Positions 9,860 through 18,960 of a stretch of DNA of 64,000 bases are shown here, one piece after another. The DNA is taken from the NCBI GenBank assembly GCA_964432675.1, contig CAYSOG010000002.1:6975-70974 (forward strand), read 5' to 3'. Each line of letters begins with the position of its first letter. The stretch's first letter is position 1. The stretch comes from an uncultured Gammaproteobacteria bacterium. GTDB taxonomy: Bacteria > Patescibacteriota > Microgenomatia > CAYSOG01. A program made the position numbers and the translations under genes. The notes under the pieces are model-generated. The model saw only the letters and a program-made list of their open reading frames with translations. It had not been told where the DNA came from and made no database searches.

Positions 9860-9933
9860 TGGACCCGACAGGATTCGAACCTGTGACCTCCGCAATGTCA
9901 ATGCGACGCTCTAACCAACTGAGCTACGAGTCC
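9860..9933 (-). tRNA. tRNA-Val (anticodon GAC)
   Basis: I folded the reverse complement by hand: GGACTCG acceptor, GCTC/GAGC D-stem, anticodon stem TCGCA/TGCGG with loop TTGACAT, T-loop TTCGAAT, discriminator A. CCA is not encoded. The track ORF 9859..10053 is just this tRNA translated. Confidence 0.9.
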
Positions 9934-9985
9934 GTACCGACTATTTTACCTGAAATTGTTTATATAGACAATCTCCTTACATCAA

Positions 9986-10014
9986 TTGTAAATCTAGAAA
10001 ACTTACAGTATAAT
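9986..10014 (+). promoter_or_regulatory. near-consensus sigma70 promoter for the 10050 gene
   Basis: TTGTAA, a 17-nt spacer, then TATAAT (10009-10014). Confidence 0.5.
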
Positions 10015-10049
10015 GCACACGCATTCGCACTTTTGAGAAAAGAGGAAAA

Positions 10050-10394
10050 ATGAGCATCCATGATATCCCGTCTCAAAGAACGGCATGGCTTCAGCACCTA
10101 TCCTCATTAAATGGAAAAGTGAATGATGATCTTATCGCTGTGGCAGTATCTCATATTGAGAATAATGGTATCGGAGATTCACCACCAGCCATACGGGAAG
10201 GCCTGAATGGCAGATATGATTTATTAGGCTACATAATAGGGGAAAGATTTATTCAACTTGATCTTAAAGAACTGCTTACCATTTGTCGGTTAACCCGTGA
10301 AGAATTAGGCCTGTTCTTAATTGGTGCTACGCAAAGTAGTATCGGATATCGACGACTTTACGATCCTGATGCCCAACCAATAGCCCCCGCCTAA
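10050..10394 (+). CDS. hypothetical protein
   Basis: 114-aa ORF with a promoter upstream and a terminator downstream. Confidence 0.55.
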   Translation: MSIHDIPSQRTAWLQHLSSLNGKVNDDLIAVAVSHIENNGIGDSPPAIREGLNGRYDLLGYIIGERFIQLDLKELLTICRLTREELGLFLIGATQSSIGYRRLYDPDAQPIAPA

Positions 10395-10415
10395 CCTAGG
10401 CTGGGGCTTTTTTCT
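10383..10415 (+). terminator. Rho-independent terminator
   Basis: GCCCCCGCC ... GGCTGGGGC stem followed by TTTTTTCTTG. Confidence 0.6.
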
Positions 10416-10449
10416 TGACGTTTTTCTGTTTTCCTCTTAGTATAAATTT

Positions 10450-10695
10450 ATGGGCTTTTCGACGGATAATTATGACAATATATACCGCGGTCGCAAGCGA
10501 ATGATGCTCAACAACTTTTTAGGCGGCATTGCTTGGAGCTTTGGCACGTTGATTGGCGGTATTATCATCTTTACCATCATTGGCTTAATTTTAAAGCGTG
10601 TTGACCTGGTGCCAATCATCGGTGCTTGGTTACGCGATATCTTACAAGAAACCTTCAAAAACCAACCAGTTGTTAAAGGTATCAATATCCACTAA
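10450..10695 (+). CDS. small membrane protein (81 aa, one TM helix)
   Basis: Hydrophobic core IAWSFGTLIGGIIIFTIIGLIL. Confidence 0.5.
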   Translation: MGFSTDNYDNIYRGRKRMMLNNFLGGIAWSFGTLIGGIIIFTIIGLILKRVDLVPIIGAWLRDILQETFKNQPVVKGINIH

Positions 10696-10792
10696 ATTTG
10701 CCGGTATTCGCCAACAAAAAGCATTACTTTTTCGTCTTGACCGTTTTTCCCTTTTCCCAGTACAATTGTGCCAATATTACTGTACGAATACT

Positions 10793-11344
10793 ATGACATC
10801 GGAACGGGATAATCCTATCAATCCTATTTCTCTTAATGAGCCGGCAGTCAGTGAGCCAGAAGACACCAATGAACCAAGTCGGTATGCCCAATTCGACCAG
10901 GCAGTCGACGATTTAGTCGCATATTACCAGGAACTTGCAGTTGAGCATATACCGGTGACTGACCTGTCAGACCTCATCTCAATTGGGCAAGTGCAATACC
11001 AGCAGCGGAATGGTGAGGCAGAAGATGTATTCCAAAGCGTTGGCCTTAAGCTAAATATGCATCGTTATAAGATCAATAAATTCTATGAAAATGCTGCAAA
11101 ATTTGCGTTATTCAACCTTGCAGTAATGCCACGCAATGGAAAAAAAGCCAGACAGTTGCACCTGGCAAGCACCGACCTAAAACCATCATTACGCGCCTTG
11201 TTCGTTTTCAACGAATGGGATGAAAATCCACCACTTGCACGGCAGTTGCGGAAAGGCAAAGGTCACAGTAGTTTGCAAAATGAAGATTTTCAGACACTGC
11301 TGTTGCTTGCGCAACAAAAATTTGAGCCAAAACCCTACGAGTAA
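10793..11344 (+). CDS. hypothetical protein
   Basis: Track ORF 10598..11344 trimmed to the in-frame ATG at 10793 so it no longer overlaps the upstream gene. The start is uncertain. Confidence 0.45.
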   Translation: MTSERDNPINPISLNEPAVSEPEDTNEPSRYAQFDQAVDDLVAYYQELAVEHIPVTDLSDLISIGQVQYQQRNGEAEDVFQSVGLKLNMHRYKINKFYENAAKFALFNLAVMPRNGKKARQLHLASTDLKPSLRALFVFNEWDENPPLARQLRKGKGHSSLQNEDFQTLLLLAQQKFEPKPYE

Positions 11345-11399
11345 TACTGCAACCATAATTCCTTCACATTCCTTAAAACTTCTGGTATTATTAGCACTA

Positions 11400-12698
11400 A
11401 TGGAAAACCAGGAACTTAAAGACCACAAACAAATCGGCCAAGAACTTGAGCTATATTTTACAAATGAGGTAGCGCCAGGTTCACCATTTTGGCTGCCTCG
11501 CGGCATGGTTATTTTTAAGGAACTTGAAAAGTTCATCCGCGAGCTCACTGAAAAAGCCGGTTACCTCGAAACTTCCACACCGATTATGGTCAAGTCAGAA
11601 CTTTTTAAGCAGTCAGGCCATTGGGTTAAATTTGGCGAACATAACATGTATAACTTGCCAATTTACGAAGATGAAGAATTGGACGAAATCACCAAAAATA
11701 AGGAAAAAGCTGTTAAAGAAGGGAAGATTGCTAGTATCGGTGAACTCAGTGTCCCTGTTGCCAATTATTCGTTAAAGCCTATGAATTGTCCGGAATCGAC
11801 TATCCTTTACCGGTTCCGCAATAGAAGTTATCGGGAATTGCCATTGCGCCTTGCGGAAATAGGCCGCTTACATCGAAGGGAAAAATCTGGAGAGGTAAAT
11901 GGCCTTCTTAGAGTCCGTCAGATAACCATGGATGACGCCCATATTTTTGCAACCGAGGACCAAATTCAAGGTGAAGTAGCAAATATTTTACAAATGATGA
12001 TTGATTTTTATAAGAGCTTTAACTTCGAGTATGAATTTCGTCTGGCTACAAAGCCAGAACAATACGCCGGCACCGACGAAAATTGGTCAAGGGCAGAAAA
12101 AGCCCTAGAGGAAGCATTAAATGCGAAAAATTTAAAACATTCTACGAAAGATAAAGATGGCGCATTTTATGGTCCGAAAATCGATTTACATATAAAAGAC
12201 GCCCTCGGTCGTGAGTGGCAATTAGCGACAGTCCAATTAGACTTTCACCAACCTGAAGCTTTTGACTTAAGCTACGTTGACGAAACAGGCAAAAAACAGC
12301 GGCCGGTTATGATCCATCGGGCGATATTTGGTTCATTTGAGCGGTTTATTGCCATTCTAACCGAAAATTTCCAAGGCGCATTCCCGACATGGCTTGCTCC
12401 AGTCCAAACAGTTGTTATTCCAATTTCCGATAAACACGCCGATTACGCCGAAAGGGTCCAAAAACAGCTCACTGATGCCGGTGTTCGCGCAGAAGTCGAC
12501 AGTAGAAGTGAAACCATGCAAAATAAAATCCGTACCGCGAGCCAACAAAAAATCCCTTACCAATTAGTAGTGGGGGACAGAGAAGTCGAAGCCAAAGCCA
12601 TTGCCGTTCGTACCCGTGAAGGGAAAGACTTAGGCCAAATGGCTTTAGAAAAATTCATTGAAAAACTACAGCAAGAAATTTCATCACGAAGCTTATAG
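11400..12698 (+). CDS. thrS: threonyl-tRNA synthetase, short form with catalytic core and anticodon-binding domain only
   Basis: Class II catalytic motifs (FRNRSYRELPLRLAEIGRLHRRE, QITMDDAHIF, GPKIDLHIKDALGREWQLATVQLDF, RAIFGSFERF) and a C-terminal anticodon-binding domain. The start is set at MENQELK because the track ORF's upstream extension overlaps the previous gene. About 430 aa, compared with about 640 aa for the canonical enzyme. Confidence 0.85.
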   Translation: MENQELKDHKQIGQELELYFTNEVAPGSPFWLPRGMVIFKELEKFIRELTEKAGYLETSTPIMVKSELFKQSGHWVKFGEHNMYNLPIYEDEELDEITKNKEKAVKEGKIASIGELSVPVANYSLKPMNCPESTILYRFRNRSYRELPLRLAEIGRLHRREKSGEVNGLLRVRQITMDDAHIFATEDQIQGEVANILQMMIDFYKSFNFEYEFRLATKPEQYAGTDENWSRAEKALEEALNAKNLKHSTKDKDGAFYGPKIDLHIKDALGREWQLATVQLDFHQPEAFDLSYVDETGKKQRPVMIHRAIFGSFERFIAILTENFQGAFPTWLAPVQTVVIPISDKHADYAERVQKQLTDAGVRAEVDSRSETMQNKIRTASQQKIPYQLVVGDREVEAKAIAVRTREGKDLGQMALEKFIEKLQQEISSRSL

Positions 12699-12804
12699 AG
12701 TGGCAACATAAGTCCCATCTGACCTATGCGTCATATAAGACATATTCACGCTTGTATTTCACCTCTGTTATCTGGTAAAATGGCAATAATAATAAGTTTT
12801 TTGT

Positions 12805-12809
12805 AGGAG
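12805..12809 (+). promoter_or_regulatory. Shine-Dalgarno AGGAG for infC
   Basis: AGGAG lies 8 nt upstream of the in-frame ATT at 12818. Confidence 0.5.
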
Positions 12810-12817
12810 TCTTCGAC

Positions 12818-13327
12818 ATTCCAAAGTTCTATCGCTTAAATTATCAAATACGTGCTGCTAACTTACGGGTAATTGGCCCGGAAGGGAAGCAATTGGGCAT
12901 TTTGTCTATTAACGATGCCTTAGCTAAGGCGAAAGAGCTTGAACTGGATTTAGTAGAGGTCGGGCCAAATGCAGACCCACCGGTAGCGAAAATCATCGAT
13001 TACAAGAAATTTAAATACGAAAAATCAAAAGCTGAACGCGAAGCCCGAAAAAAGACGCACGAAACGGAAGTTAAAGAATTCAAAGTTGGCCCTTTTATAG
13101 GTAAAAATGACCTTCACATGCGCATCGAGCGCATGCGGCAGTTTTTAGACAACAAAGACAGGGTAAAGCTGCTAGTCAATTTTCCTGGGCGTTCAATTAC
13201 GCACATGGAACTCGGCTACGACAAGATTAATGAGGTTGTAAAGGCGCTTGAAGAACAAGGCAAACCCGAAGCGGCACCGAGAAGGGAAGGACGTAACCTA
13301 GTTGTCCACTTTGTGCCATTAAAATAA
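12818..13327 (+). CDS. infC: translation initiation factor IF-3 with a predicted AUU start codon
   Basis: Extending the frame upstream of the track's TTG gives PKFYRLNYQIRAANLRVIGPEGKQLGILSI..., the conserved IF-3 N-terminus. The in-frame ATT at 12818 follows AGGAG at the right spacing, and a non-AUG start is classic for infC. The C-terminal domain is also present. Confidence 0.8.
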   Translation: MPKFYRLNYQIRAANLRVIGPEGKQLGILSINDALAKAKELELDLVEVGPNADPPVAKIIDYKKFKYEKSKAEREARKKTHETEVKEFKVGPFIGKNDLHMRIERMRQFLDNKDRVKLLVNFPGRSITHMELGYDKINEVVKALEEQGKPEAAPRREGRNLVVHFVPLK

Positions 13328-13385
13328 AGAAAAGAATAGTGTCGTGACACTTACATGCTTCGAGCAATTAGGGAGAAGTTCCTCG

Positions 13386-13440
13386 ATGTACAAGTATTAT
13401 CTATGGTAGTTCTCGCTAATCACTCGAACAATAAAAATTA
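13386..13440 (+). repeat. Repeat copy A in the infC-rpmI intergenic region, ending 8 nt before the rpmI start
   Basis: ATGTACAAGTATTATCTATGGTAGTTCTCGCTAATCACTCGAACAATAAAAATTA. The 29-nt core GTAGTTCTCGCTAATCACTCGAACAATAA recurs in inverted orientation at 33650-33677. Confidence 0.6.
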
Positions 13441-13447
13441 GACTTGT

Positions 13448-13645
13448 ATGCCAAAAACAAAGAATAAAAAAGCGATTGTAAAACGTGTCAAAATTACCTC
13501 AAGTGGTAAGATAATGCGACGCAATCAATTAATGAACCATTTGAAAAATAGTAAAAGTGCGGCTCGCGTTAGGCGCCAGCAAGAGCCAAAACAGCTCGAC
13601 GGTGTCGACCTAAAGCGCGTCAAGCACCTACTGCCATATAGCTAA
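13448..13645 (+). CDS. rpmI: 50S ribosomal protein L35
   Basis: MPKTKNKKAIVKRVKITSSGKIMRR... matches the bL35 family. Confidence 0.9.
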   Translation: MPKTKNKKAIVKRVKITSSGKIMRRNQLMNHLKNSKSAARVRRQQEPKQLDGVDLKRVKHLLPYS

Positions 13646-13716
13646 ACTCATGAAGCACGAATCTTGTAACATATAGCATTTAAAATACAAAAAAGTTTCA
13701 AGTATAAGATAAAAGT

Positions 13717-14058
13717 ATGAGAGTTAAAACTGGAATAGTCCGCCACGCGAAACACAAAAGAGTCCTTGCAAAAACCAAGGGTTATTGGGGCTCGCGGTCA
13801 AAAACAATCAAGTCTGCGAAAGAAAGCATGTTCCACTCTGGCGAGTACGCCTTCGCTGGCCGCAAACGCAAAAAGCGCGACTTTCGCAAAAGCTGGATTA
13901 TAAACATCAACGCGGCTTTAACGCCGACTGGTATGTCCTATTCCAAATTCATCCATGCACTTAAGGATAAAAATATTGAACTAAACCGCAAAACTTTAGC
14001 CGATCTAGCCCAAAACGACCCCAAAGCTTTCCAAAATATCGTTTCTTCTGTAAAATAA
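13717..14058 (+). CDS. rplT: 50S ribosomal protein L20
   Basis: MRVKTGIVRHAKHKRVLAKTKGYWGSRSK... matches the bL20 family. Confidence 0.9.
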   Translation: MRVKTGIVRHAKHKRVLAKTKGYWGSRSKTIKSAKESMFHSGEYAFAGRKRKKRDFRKSWIININAALTPTGMSYSKFIHALKDKNIELNRKTLADLAQNDPKAFQNIVSSVK

Positions 14059-14066
14059 TCCGCCAT

Positions 14067-14105
14067 AAGCCCCTATTACAAAGCAGGGCTTTTCTTTATA
14101 ATTTT
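14067..14105 (+). terminator. Rho-independent terminator of the infC-rpmI-rplT operon
   Basis: AAGCCC ... GGGCTT stem followed by TTCTTTATAATTTTT. Confidence 0.55.
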
Positions 14106-14125
14106 TCTGCTGTACAATAACGCGC

Positions 14126-15280
14126 ATGGCAAATTTTGAACGCATAACCCCACAAACTACAACGCTTTTTAGCAATGAAGACAAAGAAATTATGAACGAT
14201 TTTCGTCGACTTGACGCAGTCGAATCGGGCGAAGAACCACTGCCACTTTTACAGGAACCATTTGTGCTACAGTTTGCGAGGCTGTTAGCAACGTCGCATG
14301 ATCCGAGTGAACTTGTTCAATTCTGTGAACAAGACTATCCAGCCTACTATCAACAAGCAGGAGAATTTTTGTCACAAGCATCCCAAACTGCAAAAGATCG
14401 AGTGCATAAAGATCCACAATCGCATCAATCCCAAAACTTGTTACTTGAACGTTATAGCAGAATGCTCACCAGGCTTGACCGTGAACTTGCGGTGCCCCAA
14501 AATCTCCACCTGTTGGTTACATTTCGTAATGACCATATAGCAACTGATAAAAGTGAAGAAAAAGAAGCAAAAGTAGTGGAAGAATTTTATCAAGATTTAT
14601 CTTCAATATTCAGACCAAGCCAAAAAAATATACTTATAATAGAAGAACGATTTGAATGGCCAAAGTATCGCAAGAAATTTTACCAGGCAAGAGAGCAAAC
14701 TGGTTCATACGTTGCTGCTGGGATCGCACTAAGCCAGCTGTTAGATAGTCAATACTATTTCAATCCTTTTCTAGCGCCGCTTGACCGGTTTGACCAATCA
14801 TACGAAGTCAAAGTCGAATTTATGCAATCACCGGGGGAACAAGCGGCTGGTGACCAAATGCTGCGCATAGCCCAAGCTAAAACATTGCATGCCTTTAAGC
14901 AGGCCTGCATTAACGCAGAAAAGCTAAATGAACGTCGAGTTTCAACGATTGCAAATATGATTAACAAAGAAGTACAAGAAACCGAAGGCGAAACAAATAT
15001 CGTTTATTTACTGCCGACAAAGGACATGGGTATCGAACGCGTACTACATCCACGTCTTAAACCAATAACAACATATCTAAACCGGAAATCTATGTTCGAA
15101 GAAAACTCAGTGTATTACATCTCGGATATTGCTTATAATAACCCGGACAACACTGATGACATAGCGTGGCAAAAAGCTTATGATACCTTTCTTAAAATTC
15201 GCACAGGGCTGACAGCATATTTTCGTCAATTTGCTGAAATGTACGATGAGCTTGATATGTTTTATCGATCTGGCTTCTAA
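14126..15280 (+). CDS. hypothetical protein (384 aa)
   Basis: Long ORF. I did not recognise any family. Confidence 0.55.
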   Translation: MANFERITPQTTTLFSNEDKEIMNDFRRLDAVESGEEPLPLLQEPFVLQFARLLATSHDPSELVQFCEQDYPAYYQQAGEFLSQASQTAKDRVHKDPQSHQSQNLLLERYSRMLTRLDRELAVPQNLHLLVTFRNDHIATDKSEEKEAKVVEEFYQDLSSIFRPSQKNILIIEERFEWPKYRKKFYQAREQTGSYVAAGIALSQLLDSQYYFNPFLAPLDRFDQSYEVKVEFMQSPGEQAAGDQMLRIAQAKTLHAFKQACINAEKLNERRVSTIANMINKEVQETEGETNIVYLLPTKDMGIERVLHPRLKPITTYLNRKSMFEENSVYYISDIAYNNPDNTDDIAWQKAYDTFLKIRTGLTAYFRQFAEMYDELDMFYRSGF

Positions 15281-15358
15281 ACCCCTCAGTTTACAATTGT
15301 ACTATAAGCTTGTAAAATACCCATTGCACGTTAAAATGTTCTGCTAGGGGAGTAGGCA

Positions 15359-15847
15359 ATGGCAAGCGTTGTACTTTGCATCACACAGGAAAGTGAAAAA
15401 TTTGGTACATCTATACCGGAAGAAGCGCTCGGCCTCCTGCATTGGTTCTTCCCGAGACTTTCAATTTCCTATCATGACGAGCATGTAGGTCATATCGGCT
15501 ATGATTGTTTGCACCCGCGCCTTGTTGGGGATAAACCTGTTATTGAAGAAGCATTATCATGGCTAAAAAAGCAACGATGTGAATTTGATGACGACATAGA
15601 ACTCACCGACTATAAAGTATCAAAGACCGATTTTGAAGAACAAGTTCTCATTGAGACTAAAGCACTTTTTACACTGCTTGGTATGCCCTCGATCACAGAA
15701 CAACTCGAAGAAAGACTTTCTGATACGAAAGAAGCCAGTACTGTTCAGTTAGAAACCGAGTCGTTTGTCCAAAAGCTACATGAACTTGGTGTCTGGGAAA
15801 ATCTCTTAGCTTTTACACCTACAGATCAAATTCAACTCCGTAATTAG
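15359..15847 (+). CDS. hypothetical protein
   Basis: 162-aa ORF. Confidence 0.5.
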   Translation: MASVVLCITQESEKFGTSIPEEALGLLHWFFPRLSISYHDEHVGHIGYDCLHPRLVGDKPVIEEALSWLKKQRCEFDDDIELTDYKVSKTDFEEQVLIETKALFTLLGMPSITEQLEERLSDTKEASTVQLETESFVQKLHELGVWENLLAFTPTDQIQLRN

Positions 15848-15865
15848 GTATATTGTAAAGGAGAA

Positions 15866-16213
15866 ATGGGCTTGAATTTTCCATTGGTTCCAGCGCCACC
15901 GATTTTTGGCTCTGATCATGAATTAGTAATGGAATTAGTATTACTCGGAGGAGTAATTATTGCGGTGTGGTTCTTATCTGGATGGCTTGTATCATATGCA
16001 CTTATTCCGTTACTTGAAGGTCGGCGATTAGAAAATATGTCGCAAGCAAAATTAGGCATTGCAGGTCTTATTTTTGCAGCCACCGGACTGGTATTTGGTG
16101 CATGGACCTTATTCCTCATCTTGCCAGCAGTTGGAGTATATACTTTATATCTCTTTGTCAAAATAATGCAATTTGTACTGCACCCTTTTCCAAGGCGAGA
16201 TAGGCATTGTTAA
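15866..16213 (+). CDS. small membrane protein (3 TM helices)
   Basis: Hydrophobic ORF with AAAGGAG RBS. Confidence 0.5.
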   Translation: MGLNFPLVPAPPIFGSDHELVMELVLLGGVIIAVWFLSGWLVSYALIPLLEGRRLENMSQAKLGIAGLIFAATGLVFGAWTLFLILPAVGVYTLYLFVKIMQFVLHPFPRRDRHC

Positions 16214-16218
16214 TTTTT

Positions 16219-16250
16219 GGCCTCGGATTTATCCGAGGCCTTCTTTTTTG
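16219..16250 (+). terminator. Rho-independent terminator for the plus-strand gene of a convergent pair
   Basis: GGCCTCGG ... CCGAGGCC stem followed by TTCTTTTTTG. Confidence 0.7.
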
Positions 16251-16263
16251 CTTTTTAAAGCAT

Positions 16264-16294
16264 AAAAAACCCACCTTACTAAAAGCAAGGTGGG
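16264..16294 (-). terminator. Rho-independent terminator for the minus-strand CPBP gene
   Basis: CCCACCTT / AAGGTGGG stem, followed by TTTTTT on the minus strand. Confidence 0.6.
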
Positions 16295-16315
16295 AAAGAA
16301 TAGTTACAGAATATC

Positions 16316-17095
16316 TTAGAAACGCAATAATAATTTTACTGCCAGTGTAATAATAACCAGCAATGTAGTGATAATGCTCAAAACAAGCATCCCACATATC
16401 GTCAGGTTATATGTGGTATGGATCACTGCTGACCCAACTAACGCTGCCTGTTGCGACTTTGTCCGTTTAAAATAATACAGATAGCAGATCATTAACCCAG
16501 CGCCACCGGCGCACAGTGCAAGTGATGCTCCAAGAGGAACAATAAGCATCGAGAGGTGTATAAGGCCAAATGAAATACAACTTTTAACCTTTTGTACAAG
16601 TGTCCAATTTTCACAGCCTGCCCGGAAAAGAATTTCTTCACGCATGGCGAACTTTGGCAAATTTCTTCCCACAAATAATGGGTTGCCAATAACGCTTAAG
16701 ATATAATCCTTATAAGTAAGAAGTAGGAAAACTTCAGCGTAAAGCAAATATCTTTCCAGGTGAAGGCGTCGATGGACAGCAAGCCCAAGCAGAAAATTAA
16801 CACCAGAAGATGTGCCAGTTAAAATACTGTATTGCATGAATGGGATTTTAGCAACCAAATACCAAAGCCCAATGACTATTGCTACGAGCAAAATGCAAAC
16901 GAGCACGTGCCTCTTTTTAAAACTTGCCCGATAGTCTGGCCAGGAAAGCTCGGCAGATGGCAAACTTCGGTCTGGCAATAAACGCAAAAAGAAATCTTGG
17001 TACACTTTTTGCAGCTTCCCAAGCTGCTTTGCTATTCGGTAATCAGGCCGAAGTTGCTGCAAATCCTTACCTCTATCTGAATTGTGTATGTGCAA
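16316..17095 (-). CDS. CPBP-family (CAAX protease / Abi) intramembrane metalloprotease
   Basis: Motifs EEILFRAG (EExxxR), FGLIHL (FxxxH) and HTTYNL (HxxxN) in a multi-TM protein. Confidence 0.7.
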   Translation of the reverse strand: MHIHNSDRGKDLQQLRPDYRIAKQLGKLQKVYQDFFLRLLPDRSLPSAELSWPDYRASFKKRHVLVCILLVAIVIGLWYLVAKIPFMQYSILTGTSSGVNFLLGLAVHRRLHLERYLLYAEVFLLLTYKDYILSVIGNPLFVGRNLPKFAMREEILFRAGCENWTLVQKVKSCISFGLIHLSMLIVPLGASLALCAGGAGLMICYLYYFKRTKSQQAALVGSAVIHTTYNLTICGMLVLSIITTLLVIITLAVKLLLRF

Positions 17096-17229
17096 TGTGC
17101 CTTAAAGCCAATGAAGTATAACAAAATGAGCAAATACTTTCAAGGTCGCCGCAAAGTCAAAATAGATGAAGCTGTAATTTATTGCTTGCTAAATAAGCAA
17201 AAATACTTTATCATTTTTTACAGGATACC

Positions 17230-18033
17230 ATGAGAAAAGAGCATCTTATTTCCATTGTTGTGTTAGCAATTTTATTGGTTGCGGTTGCGCTCTACGTCGT
17301 ACGGTATGCAAGCCGGCAAAACCGCATGGCGCAAACAACACAATCCACGGCAAGTGCAACGCAAACAGGCATTCAATCAACACAAGCTACCTTAAACCAA
17401 GCAGACAACACCGGCAAGTATAAGGTTGCCATTGTATATCCACAATTTTCTGGTTTTACCAATAGCCAAACCCAAGACCAAGTTAATAATTCGATCAAGG
17501 CCTTAATGCAAAGCCAAGCAGATGCCTTTATTAAAGGCGTTAATGCAACACAGCAAAGTTCGTCCATGCCGCAATTTATGCGCGATGCCCAAAGCGAATT
17601 CACAACGCAATATACTGTAGCCCAGGCTTCTAACAAGGTAATCTCTGTAGTATTTACTGTATTTAATAGTACGGCCGGCATGGCGCACCCTGATACAACG
17701 TACCTTACCTTTAATTACGATGTTGCCGCAAATAAGCAGTTACAATTGGCTGATGTTTTTAAGCCTGGATCAAATTATTTACAAACTATTTCCAGTATGG
17801 CCCAGAAACAATTGTTAGACCAACAAAAAGACAATCCAAATGCTAAGGCGTTAGTTGACCAAGGCACTACTGCTAAAGCCGATAATTTTGCTCTTTTTAG
17901 CCTTGAACCCACAAATCTTGTGCTGCTCTTTAACCCAGCGCAAGTCGCGCCTCGAGTAAACGGCCCAATGAAAGTAACAATACCGTATAAAGATATTGCT
18001 ACTATTACAAACCAAAACCTCGTATCGCAATAA
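17230..18033 (+). CDS. membrane-anchored DUF4163/DUF3298-like protein of the RsiV/PdaC N-terminal family
   Basis: TM anchor, then YKVAIVYPQFSGFTNSQTQDQVNNSIKAL..., a pattern typical of that family. This is assigned by motif, not by a search. Confidence 0.45.
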   Translation: MRKEHLISIVVLAILLVAVALYVVRYASRQNRMAQTTQSTASATQTGIQSTQATLNQADNTGKYKVAIVYPQFSGFTNSQTQDQVNNSIKALMQSQADAFIKGVNATQQSSSMPQFMRDAQSEFTTQYTVAQASNKVISVVFTVFNSTAGMAHPDTTYLTFNYDVAANKQLQLADVFKPGSNYLQTISSMAQKQLLDQQKDNPNAKALVDQGTTAKADNFALFSLEPTNLVLLFNPAQVAPRVNGPMKVTIPYKDIATITNQNLVSQ

Positions 18034-18139
18034 ACTACCTTCTCTTTATCTTCAAGCTAAATTAATACTTTTCTAAGACTAAAATGCCTAAAATAATGGC
18101 GTTAACTAACGTTCTCATAACTTAGGAGGTGGTAAACAT

Positions 18140-18355
18140 ATGGCAAGGAAACAGTCAGCAAGAACCAGGGGTGTTGCTCAGCGCATCAAAGGCAAAGCCC
18201 AAAAACTAAAAGGCAAAGTCGAGAAAAATATGGGCCATCCAGTACAAGGAACTTTTGACGAGGTAAAAGGGACGTTTAACGACACCGTTGGCAAAATAAG
18301 GCAAGACCACGAAAGTGACACTGATAGCGAAGGTATTTACGAAGATACCTGGTAG
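18140..18355 (+). CDS. CsbD-like general stress protein
   Basis: Lysine-rich repeats (KGKAQKLKGKVEKNMG...VKGTFNDTVGKIRQD). Strong RBS AGGAGGTGG. Confidence 0.65.
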   Translation: MARKQSARTRGVAQRIKGKAQKLKGKVEKNMGHPVQGTFDEVKGTFNDTVGKIRQDHESDTDSEGIYEDTW

Positions 18356-18376
18356 TGTCATTTTTGCAAAAGAAAA

Positions 18377-18406
18377 ACAGAGCAGGAAAATGCCTGCTCT
18401 GTTTTG
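18377..18406. terminator. bidirectional Rho-independent terminator
   Basis: ACAGAGCAGG ... CCTGCTCTGT stem. TTTTG follows on the plus strand and TTTTTCTTTTG on the minus strand, so it sits between two convergent genes. Confidence 0.65.
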
Positions 18407-18424
18407 ATGGTATGACATATAATG

Positions 18425-18790
18425 TCAAGATTGCGCGATCGCCGGTGGTGGCAAGAGTAATGCCATTGAGTTCCAAAGTGCTAGGGTAATTTTATGCACC
18501 TGCTCGAGCGTTACCCATTTGCTTTCGGCAATTTCCGCTGGATGAAAGGAGCGTCTGACCAGTTCTTCTACAACAGCCTGCGTGATCGGCTGGATTAGTG
18601 CAAATATTTCCTCTTCAGCCTTAAGCGCTAAAAAGCGCCTGGCATATTCAGTATATTCGTCGGGATTGCAGTCCTCACCAAAGTAAATCTGCAGCGGGTC
18701 AACGGAGTTATAGGCATCGAGTACAATGCGCGCCTGTTGGCCATAGTCCTCAATAAGTTTATAGACTTTCGTCCACGGGCTATACACCAT
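18425..18790 (-). CDS. hypothetical protein
   Basis: 121-aa ORF. Confidence 0.5.
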   Translation of the reverse strand: MVYSPWTKVYKLIEDYGQQARIVLDAYNSVDPLQIYFGEDCNPDEYTEYARRFLALKAEEEIFALIQPITQAVVEELVRRSFHPAEIAESKWVTLEQVHKITLALWNSMALLLPPPAIAQS

Positions 18791-18960
18791 GCTTTTCCTC
18801 CTTGCGATTTTGTCGGTGCAAGCTCATTTATCCGCAAAATGAGCGGCTGGCACGTTTCCGTATCGCGACAGTACTGCTATTTTATCACTGGACAGAATTA
18901 TTATCAACCTATAGTTATTCTCATTTCAATGGCGAATTCAAATAAAGCGAGGTGAGAAGT

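Noticed and set aside
9734-10050. Possible integrated element at tRNA-Val
   Set aside because: No integrase, recombinase or direct repeat of the tRNA 3-prime end was found on either side. The flanks hold ordinary divergent promoters.
9859-10053. 64-aa ORF starting MDPTGFEPVTS
   Set aside because: GFEPVT is the translation of a tRNA T-arm/acceptor region. The locus is tRNA-Val on the opposite strand.
10598-10792. N-terminal extension of the 10598..11344 ORF
   Set aside because: It overlaps the upstream small membrane-protein gene out of frame. A promoter-like TTGACC...TACAAT lies inside it, so the start was moved to 10793.
11220-11399. N-terminal 60 codons of the thrS track ORF
   Set aside because: The Cys/His-rich extension overlaps the previous gene. 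The conserved ThrRS sequence begins at MENQELK.
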